From Schmidtea polychroa (Eukaryota), in contig CM097885.1 in assembly GCA_044892525.1 (NCBI GenBank), forward strand, positions 43,588,001 to 43,652,000: DNA of 64,000 nt, written 5' to 3'. Each line of letters starts with the position of its first letter. Within the stretch, counting starts at the first letter, position 1. Position numbers and translations under genes: made by a program. Below the pieces are notes generated by a model. The model did no database searches. It worked only from the letters and a program-made list of their open reading frames with translations, and had not been told where the DNA came from. Of this stretch, positions 25,351 to 37,460 are shown piece after piece.

Positions 25351-28300
25351 TACTCTGAGTTTATCCGACAAAATATTCTGTCCCACTATGGGTATTGCTC
25401 ACAAGGGTACTACTCACATTCAACATGTCGCAAGGGTATTAGTCGTAAAGGTATTTAATGTTTTTATTTGAATTTAGACAAATTTGATGTTTAAGGTATT
25501 GATAATTTTTTAGAGTTGATGGTTTTATTCAAGTAAATTTCTATCATTTTTATGAATTTCTATCATTTTTTGTAATTTTCTATTATTTTCATGAATTTCC
25601 GTTCTTTTTTGTGAATATGCGTAATTTTTGTAGATATCTATCATTTTCATGGATTTCTAACATTTTTGCAAATTTCATGTTTATTGAATGAATATTTAAT
25701 AATTTAATGCTAATTCTAAGATAAATTTAATTAATTTCCTGATAATTGGATGTATTTTTAATTTTTAATGAGGTTAATAATTAGAGTTTGTACAATAATC
25801 AAGTGGTAGGATAAATTTTTATGAGGATATTGAACAATTTTCTAAGAATTTCATGTTGACTGATTAAAAGTTTTAATGGTGATAAATTTAATTGATAAAT
25901 TTAATTAATTTCTTGATAATTAGTGGTATTTTATTGAATAGTTTTTAAATAAAAATTAATTTCAAGTGATAGAATAAATTTTTAATGATAAGTTTGTAAT
26001 ATATTTCACTAAATAATTTTTTCAATAATTTTCTAAGAATATTTACTCATTGATGAACTTTAAAAAACATGAGCTAAGAAACTAGTTAACTTTAACAAGG
26101 AATTTAAATTTACTTGAAAATGATTGTAGAATATACTGAAATTTAGTTTGCTGATAGCGCTTGAAAATGATTGGCTGAATCGATGAAGAATTATGATCAA
26201 TCAATATATATCATCTCCAGTATTTGATGGTATATATTTGTAGAAAATTTAGTGAATTTTGATCTTTTAATGGGCTCTTATTATTTGTCTGGTTCTATAA
26301 CAATTAATTAAAAGTCAGATTTTTGAAGTTCTCTGAGGATTTTAAGAGGATTGATATATATTAAAGGGCTCAAGTGGGTGAAATCTTTAGGGAAAATAAG
26401 GGATATAATCGGATAGATGTTTAAAAGGGTAGAAATATTTGCTGAGAGATCGGATAAGATGGGATATTGTCGGTTATTAAATTTAATGAGGGATGGGTTA
26501 AGATGGGAATATACGATTTTTAAAGGGATATAGTCGGTTAGATTTAATGAGAGATCGGTTAAGATGGGATATTGTTGGTTAGATTTAATGAGAGGTCGGT
26601 TAAGGATGGGGAAAATATGATCTTTTAAGGGGATATAGTCGGTTAGATTTAATGTGAGATGGGTTAAGATGGGAATATATTATTGTGAGGGAGATATAGT
26701 CGGTTGCTTTTAATGAGGGAAGGGTTTCGATGGGAATATATGATTTTTTAAGGGTGATGTTGGTAAAATATCAATGTTTTTAAGGAAATTGCAATACATT
26801 AGTCAGTTATGAATCAATAATAATTATATCGTTTTATTAGGTTGTGATTAATGCATAGTAAATTAATTTAGAACAATGTTTTATTAAGTAGGGATAATGA
26901 TCGATTTACTTGGTTTTGACAATGAAATCTTTACAGATAATTGGGATTGATATCAACTTTAAATTATTTTTATCTTTATTTAGACGGACAACGACAAAAG
27001 TTGAGAAATATTGATTTAAAACATCGACAACTAAATAAAATTGATCTTTATTGGAAGAAATCTTGATTTTAATTAGTAATTAAATCGGTTGAATATTGGT
27101 AAAAATGATCATTTGAAGAAATATATTTTATTGAATGGATAAATTTAATCTTTCAATGGGACCTAGTCAGTTATATTGTAGTAATATTTATTTAAAATAT
27201 CGAGTACAGTGATTAACAAAAATTTAATTATAACCACTTTTATCATTAGATTTTATAAATTATTTAGGGTTAATGATTTTACATGTTTTATAGGGAAATA
27301 TTCGTGATAATAGGAATTAAAGTTAGAATTATAGTCATTTAAATGGGACTTTAAGCAATCTTATTAGTCTGAGGGGAATATATGATCCTTTACGGGTACT
27401 TATCATTAAAATATCAATCTTTAAATATTGATATATTTAGGGGAAATGATGCTTTTTAGATGATTTTAATGAATTATTTGTAATAATATGAATTAAGGGT
27501 AGAAATATAGTCATTTAAGGGAATTTAAGGAATCTTATTAGTTTGATGAGAATATATGATCTTTAACAAGTATTTATCATTACAATACCAATCTTTAAAT
27601 ATTGATATATTTAGGGAAAATGATGCTTTTTAGATGATTTTATTAGAGAATTCACTTGGATATACCAATTATTGCCATTTAAATGAATTTACTGGTTTGT
27701 TAGATGTTATCATTAGTTATCTAGTCTCTTTTGGAATTTAATGATAATTATTTTTATTGTAGATTGCTGACTTTGATAATTGTAATGAATTTATACTGAT
27801 TTTTTGAATATATTGAGAAATCAGTCAATCAATTTGAGTACATGTATTACTTTTACAAAAATAATTAAAATTAATTTTATTCAATCTAAATCTAGATCTT
27901 ATTTCAAAACTTTTATTAATTTATTATCTTAGTTGATTCAACTTGAATGATCAGTATTTTTTTTATTTACTGGATGATTAGAATTTTTTCCTGTCCATTA
28001 ATTAAATTTTTATGATATTTATTTTGAATAATTTAAATTTTTACAATAATTTAATCAAATTTTACTTAGTTATTGATGCCTTGAGTTCAAATAATTTTCC
28101 ATCTAATTTTTCAAGTGATGAGTATTTGCTTTTAAAGATCAATTTGTTAGTACATAGTTGTTGGTTGTAAGTAGTTGGTTGACTTTTTAGATTTTGATAA
28201 GAAAATAGTGTATGCGATGAAGAATAATTTTTTTTATTTAATTGCTATTATTTTTATGTGTTGTTAGTTGATTGTTGGTACTAAGTTGTTGGTTTCTTGT

Positions 28301-28583
28301 ATTTGGTAGTTGGTACAGTGTTGTTTACTGATTGTTGTTATATAGTTGTAGGTTGTTAGTACTTGGTATCTAGTACCTGGTTGTTGTTAGTTGTTAGTGT
28401 TTAGTATTTAGTTGTTTGAGACTTGGTTGTTGGTACTTGTTAGGTGGTTAATGGGTAGATGGGGGTTGAGTGTTACCAATACTCCTACGACTAGTACCCT
28501 TACGACTAATACCCTTACGACCAGTACCCTTACGACCTGTACCCTTAGGGGGTCAAAACATCCTGTCGGATAAACTCAGAGTA
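25351..28583. mobile_element. Mirror copy of the 3.2-kb TIR element (right arm)
   Basis: Reverse complement of 20451-23680, 3 nt longer, with a few substitutions. Confidence 0.8.
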
Positions 28584-29004
28584 TATATAATAAAACTGAT
28601 CAACAATAAGTATTTATTGAATGCGATTTTTACTTTGCAATAATAAGTCAGTAGTTATCATTTAAAAGAAGAATGTTTTGTAAATTAGAATTCATTAGTC
28701 TTTCATTGTAATTATTTTGAATTCCACGTGGTGATGAGTTGTGGTTTTTTGATGAAAATCATCATTTTTGTTAAATTTGAAAAGGTTTTTCTAATGATTG
28801 TAATTAAATATATTTTTGAAGATAGATAAAAAATTAATTTAAAAAGCATTTCATAAAATACAGTGAAGAATATTTAGTAGTTAGTTGTAAGTATCTGGTT
28901 GTTTGAGAGTTAGTTAGTACGTGGTATCATGGTGTAAGTATTTGTTAGCACCTAGTTAAAAAATAATCAGTAACCGATTGTTGGTAACTGTTGAATTATT
29001 AGTA

Positions 29005-29084
<80 letters not shown>

Positions 29085-32000
29085 ATTATTATTATTATTA
29101 TTCCATTTAAATTTCCATTTAAATTTTCATTATAAATTACATTTCTCAAAAAAGTTGGTGGTTATTCAATCTTTTGATAATAAATTTAAAAATCTTACTT
29201 TAGCTTTAATTTAAAATTTGAACCATTGGATACTTAATTTTAAATTTTGAACCATTGTTTTCTTTAATTTAAAATTTTTAACTTTAATTTACTTATCCTT
29301 AATTTACCTAATTATTCTTTATTTCTTAATTTTACACCATAATTTACTAAACAACTAAATATAATCCTTATTTTCATATTTAACCAATAATTTCATGTGG
29401 TCATCTGGTTGAAAGTGTTTGGTATCTAGTTGACAGTGCTTAGTACTAGGTAAGTTATTTGGTTGTTAGTACTTGGTTGATAATGCTTAGTTGTTGGTTG
29501 TATGTACTTGGTATCTAGTTGTTAGTAACTAGTTGTAGGTAATTAATGCTTAGTATTTGGTAACTGGTTGTTAGTACTTGGTAGGTGGTTGTTAGTTGGT
29601 TGTAGGTACTTAGTAGGTACTCTAGTTGGTTGATAATGCTTAGTACCTGGTTGTTGTTGGTTGTTAGTACTTGGTATCTAGTACCTAGTTGGTTGGTTGT
29701 TAGTAACTAGTTGTAGGTAATTAATGCTTAGTAGTTGGTAACTGGTTGTTAGTATCTAGTTGTAGGTTGTAGGTACTTAGTAGTTAGTTGATGATGCTTA
29801 GTATCTGGTTGATGTTGGTTGTAAGTACTTGGTATCAGGTAACTAGTTGGTTGTAGGTACTTAGTAGTTGGTAACTGGTACCTGGTTGATGTTGGTTGTA
29901 AGTACTTGGTATCTAGTTGTTAGTAACTAGTTGTAGGTAATTAATGCTTAGTAGTTGGTAACTGGTTGTTAGTATTTAGTTGTTTGAGACCTAGTTGTTA
30001 GTACTTGGTAGCTAGTTAATGGATAGGTGGTTGTAGTTACTTGGTAACTGGTTGTTAGTATCTAGTTGTAGGTACTTGGTAGCTAGTTGGTTGTTGGTAC
30101 TTAGTAGTTGGTAGCTAGTTAATGGGTAGGTGGTTGTAGGTACTTGGTAACTGGTTGTTAGTATCTAGTTGTAGGTACTTGGTAAGTGGTAGCTAGTTGG
30201 TTGCTTGTTTTTGGTTGTTAGTACTTGGTAGTTGGTTGGTCGCTGTTAGCTGGTTGTAGTTAATTAATGCTTAGTAGTTGGTAACTGGTTGTTAGTACTT
30301 GGTAGGTGGTAGCTAGTTGGTTGTAGGTACTTAGTAGCAGGTAACTGGTTGTAGCTAGTTAATGGGTAGGTGGTTGTAGGTATTTAGTAGTTGGTAATTA
30401 ATGCTTAGTACCTGGTTGATGTTGGTTAATAATGCTTAGTACTTGGTTGTTGTCGGTTGTGAGTACTTGGTATCTAGTACCTGGTTGGTTGCTTGTTTTT
30501 GGTTGTTAGTACTTGTTAGGTGGTTGTATTTACTTAGTATCATGTAACTAGTTGTTAGTAACTAGTTGTAGTTATCTGGTTGTAGGTATCTGGTTGGTAA
30601 TACATGTTCGTAAGTTACTGGTTGTTGGTACTTAGTAGGTGGTTTGTTGTTGAATTATTATTAAAATTTGTCTTTGAAAAATATTTCATAAAAATTTCCA
30701 TTAAAAATTATCTTAAAAATTTCCATTAAAAATTAACTTATAAAATTATTCCATAAAAATTTCCATTAAAAATTACCTAAAAAATTATTTCATAAAAATT
30801 TCCATTAAAAAATTTCAATTCTCAAACACCTTCAACTTTTTGTTAATAAATTTTAAAATCTTACTTTAATTTACTTATTACATTACTTTAATTTACTTAT
30901 TTAAAAATTATTACTTATTTAAAATTTTTTACCATTGATTACTTAATTTTAAAATTTGTACCATTATTTACTTTAATTTAATATTTTAGAACCTTAATTT
31001 ACTTTAATTTAAAAATTTGGACCATTATTTACTTTAATTTGAAAAATTTGAGCCATTATTTACTTTAATTGAAAAATCTGAGCCCATTAATTACTTTAAT
31101 TCGAAAATATGAACCTTAATTTAATTTTTTAGGACCATAATTAACTTTAATTTAATTTTTTAGGACCATTATTTACTTTAATTTAAAATTTTGAACCTTA
31201 ATTTAGTTATTTTTGCCCATTCATTACTTTAATTGAAAAATCTAAGCCCATAATTTACTTTAATTTAAAAATTTGAGCCATAATTTACTATAATTTAATT
31301 TTTAGAACCATAATTTACTGTAATTCAATTTTTAGAACCATTATTTACTGTAATTGAAAAATTTGAGCCATAATTTACTTTAATTTAATTTTTAGAACCA
31401 TAATTTACTGTAATTTAATTTTTAGGACCATTATTTACTGTAATTGATTTTTTAGACCATTATTTACTGTAATTGATTTTTTAGACCCATAATTTACTGT
31501 AATTCAAAAATTTGAGCCATAATTTACTGTAATTGAAAAATTTACCACGTTTTTTAGTGTAGACCACCTTTTTCTCAGGACCAAGGAGACTCACCTTAAT
31601 TTAATTCGAAAAATCCATGCTTTTTTATTGATAGTCGGATTTTTGTATTGAAAATATCCTGAGACCTTAAATTACCACGTTTTTTTAGTGTAGACCACAT
31701 TTTTCTCAGGACCAAGGAGACCAACCTTAATTTAATTCGAAAAATCCTTGGCTTTTTTAGTGTAGACCACCTATTTGTATTGAAAATATCCTGAGACCAT
31801 CGAGACCCCCTCACTATAGTCTGAAAATTCTATGCTTTTTTATTGATAGTCGGATTTTTGTATAGAAAAAAATTTTTTGTATTGAAAATCCCAGGACCAT
31901 CGAGACCCCCTCACTATAGTCTGAAAATTCCTTGGCTTTTTTATTGATAGTTGGATTTTTGTATAGAAAAATTTTTTTTGTATTGAAAATCCCAGGACCA

Positions 32001-32308
32001 TCGTTTTTGTATTGAAAAATTTTTTTTGTATTGAAAATCCCAGGACCATCGAGACCCCCTCACTATAGTCTGAAAAATTGCGTAATCAAAAGTTGCAGTA
32101 AAAAAAAGTTGCAGCAAAAAAAAAGTTGCAGCAGAACCCCCCCCCCGGGGGGGTCATTGCTGCAGTGCGCTACTATCTACCTACTCTAAACATAAAAATT
32201 TATTGCTTAAACTTTTTATACAGTGTTTCTATACCATAAGGAACAGATTAGGGGGGTAAGACTTTCAAAAATTATTTTTTTATTTTTTTTTATTTTTTAA
32301 GCTCCACC

Positions 32309-32407
<99 letters not shown>

Positions 32408-33479
32408 TTTTTAGTAGTTTTTCAGTAATTTGACAGTTTTCAGTTAAAATAGATAAATGTAGATAAATGGATCATTTACAATATATTTTAAAATCTTCAT
32501 ATATATTGATATATAAAATTGATATCCATTGTTCGGAAACAATTTTCTAAAAAGAAATATACCAATATTGCTTTTAAATTAATTATTTCTTCTAGAAAAA
32601 AAGGTCACACTTACATTGTGGCTGTTGTCAAACAAAGTAATATATTAATATAAAACTTCTATTCAAAAACAAATATTTATGTACATATAAAAAATACAAA
32701 TCAAATAAAACGTTAGTAGTTTTGCACAAATATTTAAAAAAAAATACAAGTAATTTTATAATTTTAATATAAATCACTTTTTAAATTAATTATTTTTAGT
32801 AAAAAAAACAGACGCACATTTACATTTTTGCTTTTTGCTGTTTGAAAATGGCGGAATAATTTAATTTTGACGTATTTGCAACAAACAGTGATGCTAGATC
32901 TAATTTAAAAATTTCCCTACCCATTAAACATTGAATCGAAGAATTTTCTTTTCTTTTTTCATACAGCTGCAGAAATATTACAACAACCATTTTCGAAAAA
33001 AAGTAATGTCTTTTTTGGAAAAATAATTTTTTTTTATTTTTTGTCAAAAAAAAAAATTATAAAAAATGGAAAATGAGTGCAATTTTTTTAAAAATATAAA
33101 TAAAAAAAAGTGGAAAGATAAAAGTGTTTGGCGGGGCCCTTTTGAGAGGGGGCCCGGGTGCATCGCATCCTTTGCACCCCCCATAGATCCGGCTATGAAT
33201 GTATTCGTTTCTTTTAAGTTTTCGGTATCATATAATTATAATTTCTACTTTTTTATAATTTATTTATTTTCAATTGTTATTATTTGTATAAATTTACCGA
33301 TATCAAAACTAATGCAATTGATTGAATTTATAAATTTTAAATCTTCCAATTAAAGAGGTTGGTTGAATTGCATAATCCGGTGTTTACCCAATTTTCTCAT
33401 TTATTCACAACTTGTTAAAGTTTCCCTATTAATAATTAATAAACAGTTAAACATACATGGCAATAATTTAATTATAAGA

Positions 33480-34620
33480 AAGCGCCAATCAAACATTGTT
33501 TTTCACGATATATTTCGACAGTTTTCATGACATCATTAGGTAGGATTCAATAACTATATAAATCAATGATTTTTAAACAATTTTATTAATTGAGTTAATT
33601 ATTAATTATATAATAAAATTTTTTTTCATAAAAACATTTCATTCTTTTAAAAATTGTAATTAAAATAATATTATTTTTTAAATTTTAACATTTAGAATTT
33701 AATTTAATAATTTATTAATCATTTAATTTGACATCAACAATCGATACTTACAATATACAAAAACTTATCTTAAAACATTTAAAACACAAGTATTCACTGT
33801 ATTCTGCACATTACTTTTCGGATTCAATGAATTTATCAATAAATTCTCACAAATTACATGTTCCCAAAAATTATCAACATTTTTAAATAAAATTTTAAAA
33901 TCAGAAATATCTATTTTACTCTTGCAGTCCTTATAATGCTCACTAATATTAGTCAAAGCCTTCGGTCTATAATGCTCTCGAGCTCGGATACAGAGATGAC
34001 ATGAAGTATCTCCAATGTATGTTGCATTACGCTCATTACATGTAAACGGATAAACGAGATCGGAACACAATTCGACCGGAGTTTTAGACTATTAATAAAC
34101 ATATTGCGTACTTTCCTTGAATTTGACACTATTCTATAGTTTAAATTCCCTAACTCAGTGTTTCCCAAAGTGTAGGTTGCGACCCCACATCCGGGTTGCG
34201 GTAAAAATGTTTGAATCTCATACCCGGCCACGTCAAAAAAGTTTGCAAAACGCTGTCTAACTTCTTTCTAATCTTCCGTTTATAATCCTTAAAACTTTCT
34301 GAATACGGCAATTCGAACAAAATTTAGGTTCATCATCCTTACTTACATTATTTAATTTATTTAAGTCATCAGACTCACACACTTCAACAAAATTATACCC
34401 AGATTTTCTCAAACATGGATCTAAGGATTTTTAATAAATTTATCAACAGTCTTTTACCATAATTAATAAAAAGAATTTTGAATAACCTTTCTTCATTAAG
34501 AATTCAACCAATTTGTCAACACTTTTTACTGAATTTACAAAAGTAAAAGACAAAGACTATGAACGATAAATCAAACTCTTCACCATATTTCTCTTATACT
34601 TGAATTCATTAAAACTTTCG
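33480..34620 (-). mobile_element. Penelope-like element 3' fragment (RT C-terminal linker, GIY-YIG, pLTR with degenerate hammerhead)
   Basis: Minus-strand FKYKRNMVKSLIYRS..., then LVYPFTCNERNATYIGDTS.HL..R.REH. Same family as 2860-3530. Hammerhead-like CTAATGA...TGTCGAAATATATC at ~33505-33545 on the minus strand. Confidence 0.85.
34156..34255. mobile_element. ~100-bp hAT (Charlie-type) MITE inserted in the Penelope relic
   Basis: CAGTGTTTCCCAAA ... TTTGCAAAACGCTG with a degenerate CTAACT duplication on both sides. Absent from the paralogous copy at ~3240. Confidence 0.7.
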
Positions 34621-35847
34621 GATGAAGTATAATAATTAATTAAAACAAATAAATTGAATTATATTAATAAAGTAAAATTTAATTAAAATGGAATAAAGAA
34701 AAAATAGGGTTTATCAAATTGTAAGTTCTAGTAGTAATTGAAAAACTTTATTTGTTTGCAAATTATTACAATTAAATATTTTTCAATCAAAATTTGATAA
34801 ACTGTGGCGGAATAAGGAAGATAGTAGTTGAAGATAGTAGGAGATACGGCCAATTACAACCACCTAATTCGTAACTTACATAAACTTTGAATTGACCTAC
34901 ATATTTTTTCTATGACCTAAATAAAATATTTGGCGGTTATCATGTTCCATAGTTCCCTACTATATTCAACTGCCTTATTCCGCCATAGTTGCCCCATGGT
35001 TTGGTGGGTCCATATCTCCCCACTGAAGATCTGTATGGTAAGACTCAATATCAGTTCTCTAAATTCAAAATGATTAATATTAAACGATTTTAAATAAATT
35101 AGTTATCCAGATTACACTAAGGTGATTTTATAATTATTAGCTAATTATACTGGTAAGAAAATTAAGAAAAAGATATTTATAATTTATTTAAAAAGAATAG
35201 AAAAATTACAGATGATTTGAAAATTCAGAAAAAAATGTAATGGAAAATAAGAAAAGTGAACTGAATTATAAGAAACAACATTAAATGTAAGTATTTATAT
35301 TTATATAATAAATGAAATAATTATTCATGCCAATATGAAAAATATATTCGTACGCAAATCTGATAATTCCATTAGGTGAACTTCGAACACTGAAAACACT
35401 GAAATATTTAAAAAAACAGAAAGAGTGAATTTGATGGAATAGGGATGAAGTGGTGCCATGTTCATCCACCGTATTGATGATCGTAATATCGACTTTTAGA
35501 AATGTAATATCTTCTGATTGAACTGTAGGTTACATAGAACTGGATTATACTGATGAGAAATCCATACCAGACTTTCCACAAATTGTTGCAAATCCAGAGT
35601 TTTGAGCACATTTTTTGAATTAAAAAGATAGAGATATAGAAAGCATGTATATTATAATATTAAAGCAATGTGCTTTAATTTACTTAATTTAATAATGTAT
35701 TTGGAATTTAACTATTAAATAAATATTAATTGGAAAGTCAGATGCGCTACAATCCAAATTTTATAAGCAAGATAATCTATAGAAAAGATATTATAAAACC
35801 AAAATGTAAATTAAAATTGCAAATATACAGCAAATATACAGCAAATA

Positions 35848-36667
35848 CCGCGTTTCTCCGAAATTAAGCCCCGGGTTCAAATATATATTTTTTAAAAAAA
35901 TTTGGCAAAAATACACTTAGGGTTTAATTTTGGGAGGTTTTCTATTTTTTGTAATAAAAATAAACTTTTAAAAATTATACAAATATTCACAGGAGTTAAT
36001 TTCTGGCAATAACGATCAACGGCAAGAATACATGCTGTGAAAGTAATTAAATTGAATAAGTATTTAATTTCCAGATTTAAATAGATTTAAATAATATAAT
36101 TAAAGTAAATAATAAAATAATAAATTAAATATATTTAAGAATGTTTGAAGATTAAAATATAAAATATTTATTGAATGCTTGTGTACGAATATTCCCTATT
36201 CAAATATTAACTCATCCTTGCGAAAATATCCTCTAAGCTAAAAACAGTGATTGTTTTAATAAGAGAGATTTTGTGTTGTGTTTAAAATATGGATGTGATT
36301 AATTTAAGAAACCAAACATCTAATACATGCAACTCTTGTACTTTCATACCCGGTTAATGGAATACTGATCAACTGTTGTTTGTACAGCCTGTCCAAAAAT
36401 ACCGATGTTTCGTCCATAGCAATTATATTTGATGGTTGATATTGTGATATTTTGTATGGATTAATTTTAAAAAACTTTATTCAATTTTATCAAATAGTTA
36501 TTAATATTAATATAACTATGTTTTTAATTTTAAACAATATATAACGATCTGAAATTTTATTTAATATATATCAAAAAACAAAATTGCTAGGGCTTAATTT
36601 CGGTGTTAGGACTACAATATATATATTTTTAAAAATTGTGTTAAGACTTAATTTCGGAGAAACACGG
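35848..36667. mobile_element. Tc1/mariner-pogo-type MITE
   Basis: TIRs CCGCGTTTCTCCGAAATTAAG ... CTTAATTTCGGAGAAACACGG with TA on both flanks. Confidence 0.85.
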
Positions 36668-36969
36668 TAGTAATAATAATTAACAATAACAAATAATATT
36701 AAAATTCTCCATTAAAAGTACAAAAGCCAAAGGTTTATTTTCAAAGTATTCGGCTTTAATTACATAAATCGAAATAAAATGAGATTAATAGCGAGTAAAA
36801 TACCCATAATAAATAAATTGCATCCATTACCAAACTATTAAACAATAAGAACTATAGTTAATATCATAACATATAAATATAATAAAATTTTATTGCAAGA
36901 TAATCTACTAAAAAAGTTCTCCAATAAAACAAAAATACAAATTAAATTTGCAAATATACAGCAAAAAAT

Positions 36970-36990
36970 AATAAGTAATAAAAATAAAAA

Positions 36991-37037
<47 letters not shown>

Positions 37038-37460
37038 GTAATAATAAATACAATAAAATCATCACTATAGCAATTATCAACATTATATCAAGAAAACGAT
37101 CACCATAACGATCATGATTAAAAAATTTAATAAAAAATGTGACAACACGATTGTTTAAATTGACTCGATTATCAGTAAAACAAACCCAACACACGAATCC
37201 AGAATTTGTAACTTCTACAGAAACATTTCAATTCAATTATCATTAACATGAAATTTTTATAATGAGATTTTTGTCAACCAGAAAAAAACTAAATAAAAGA
37301 TGCGAAATAAAATTTCTATTTACCAGTCAAACATTGACTGGTGAAATAGCCGAACGATTTATTTGCGAACAGTAGTACCGAACACATTAGACATTTTCTC
37401 TAAAACTAGAAATACAAGGTATAAATGGTCAATACTGAGCATGAGAATGTGGATTTGAAT
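36970..37460 (-). repeat. Dispersed ~420-bp repeat with an (AAT)n tail, copy 1
   Basis: Nearly identical to 53883-54374. Both copies abut an (AAT)n tract at the same position and end at ...gaatgtggatttgaat. Confidence 0.85.

Larger units (their letters stand above)
17380..32185. mobile_element. 14.8-kb non-coding palindromic element with Polinton/Maverick-type termini
   Basis: Begins AGTAGGTAGATAGTAGC and ends GCTACTATCTACCTACT. Perfect 6-bp TSD CTAAAC at 17374-17379 and 32186-32191. Arms ~17380-24136 and 24781-32185 are reverse complements. No credible ORF. Confidence 0.85.
13914..32311 (+). mobile_element. hATm-like DNA transposon with duplicated left end, interrupted by the 14.8-kb palindrome
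   Basis: TIR TAGGGTGGAGCTTA at 13914 (second copy at 15283) and TAAGCTCCACCCTA ending 32311. 8-bp ATATATAT on both flanks. Subterminal inverted motifs (cttaccc..tctgttcct; tttag.ggtagctcaag / cttgagctacctctaaa). Confidence 0.85.
13104..33197 (-). mobile_element. Non-autonomous hAT (Tip100/ZMYM1-like) element, ~1.7 kb of its own sequence, split by nested insertions
   Basis: TIRs CAGCGCCGGATCTA ... TAGATCCGGCTATG with GC-rich GGGGCCC subterminal motifs. Perfect 8-bp TSD AATGTATT at 13096-13103 and 33198-33205. Confidence 0.9.

Noticed and set aside
29395..30655. G/T-rich tract as an interstitial telomere
   Set aside because: There is no regular TTAGGG or TTAGG array. It is an irregular mosaic of several motifs.
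17380..32185. Palindrome as a pure sequencing or assembly fold-back artefact
   Set aside because: A perfect TSD, a host element that resumes correctly, diverged tips, arm-specific indels and a unique spacer argue against this. It is not fully excluded without reads.
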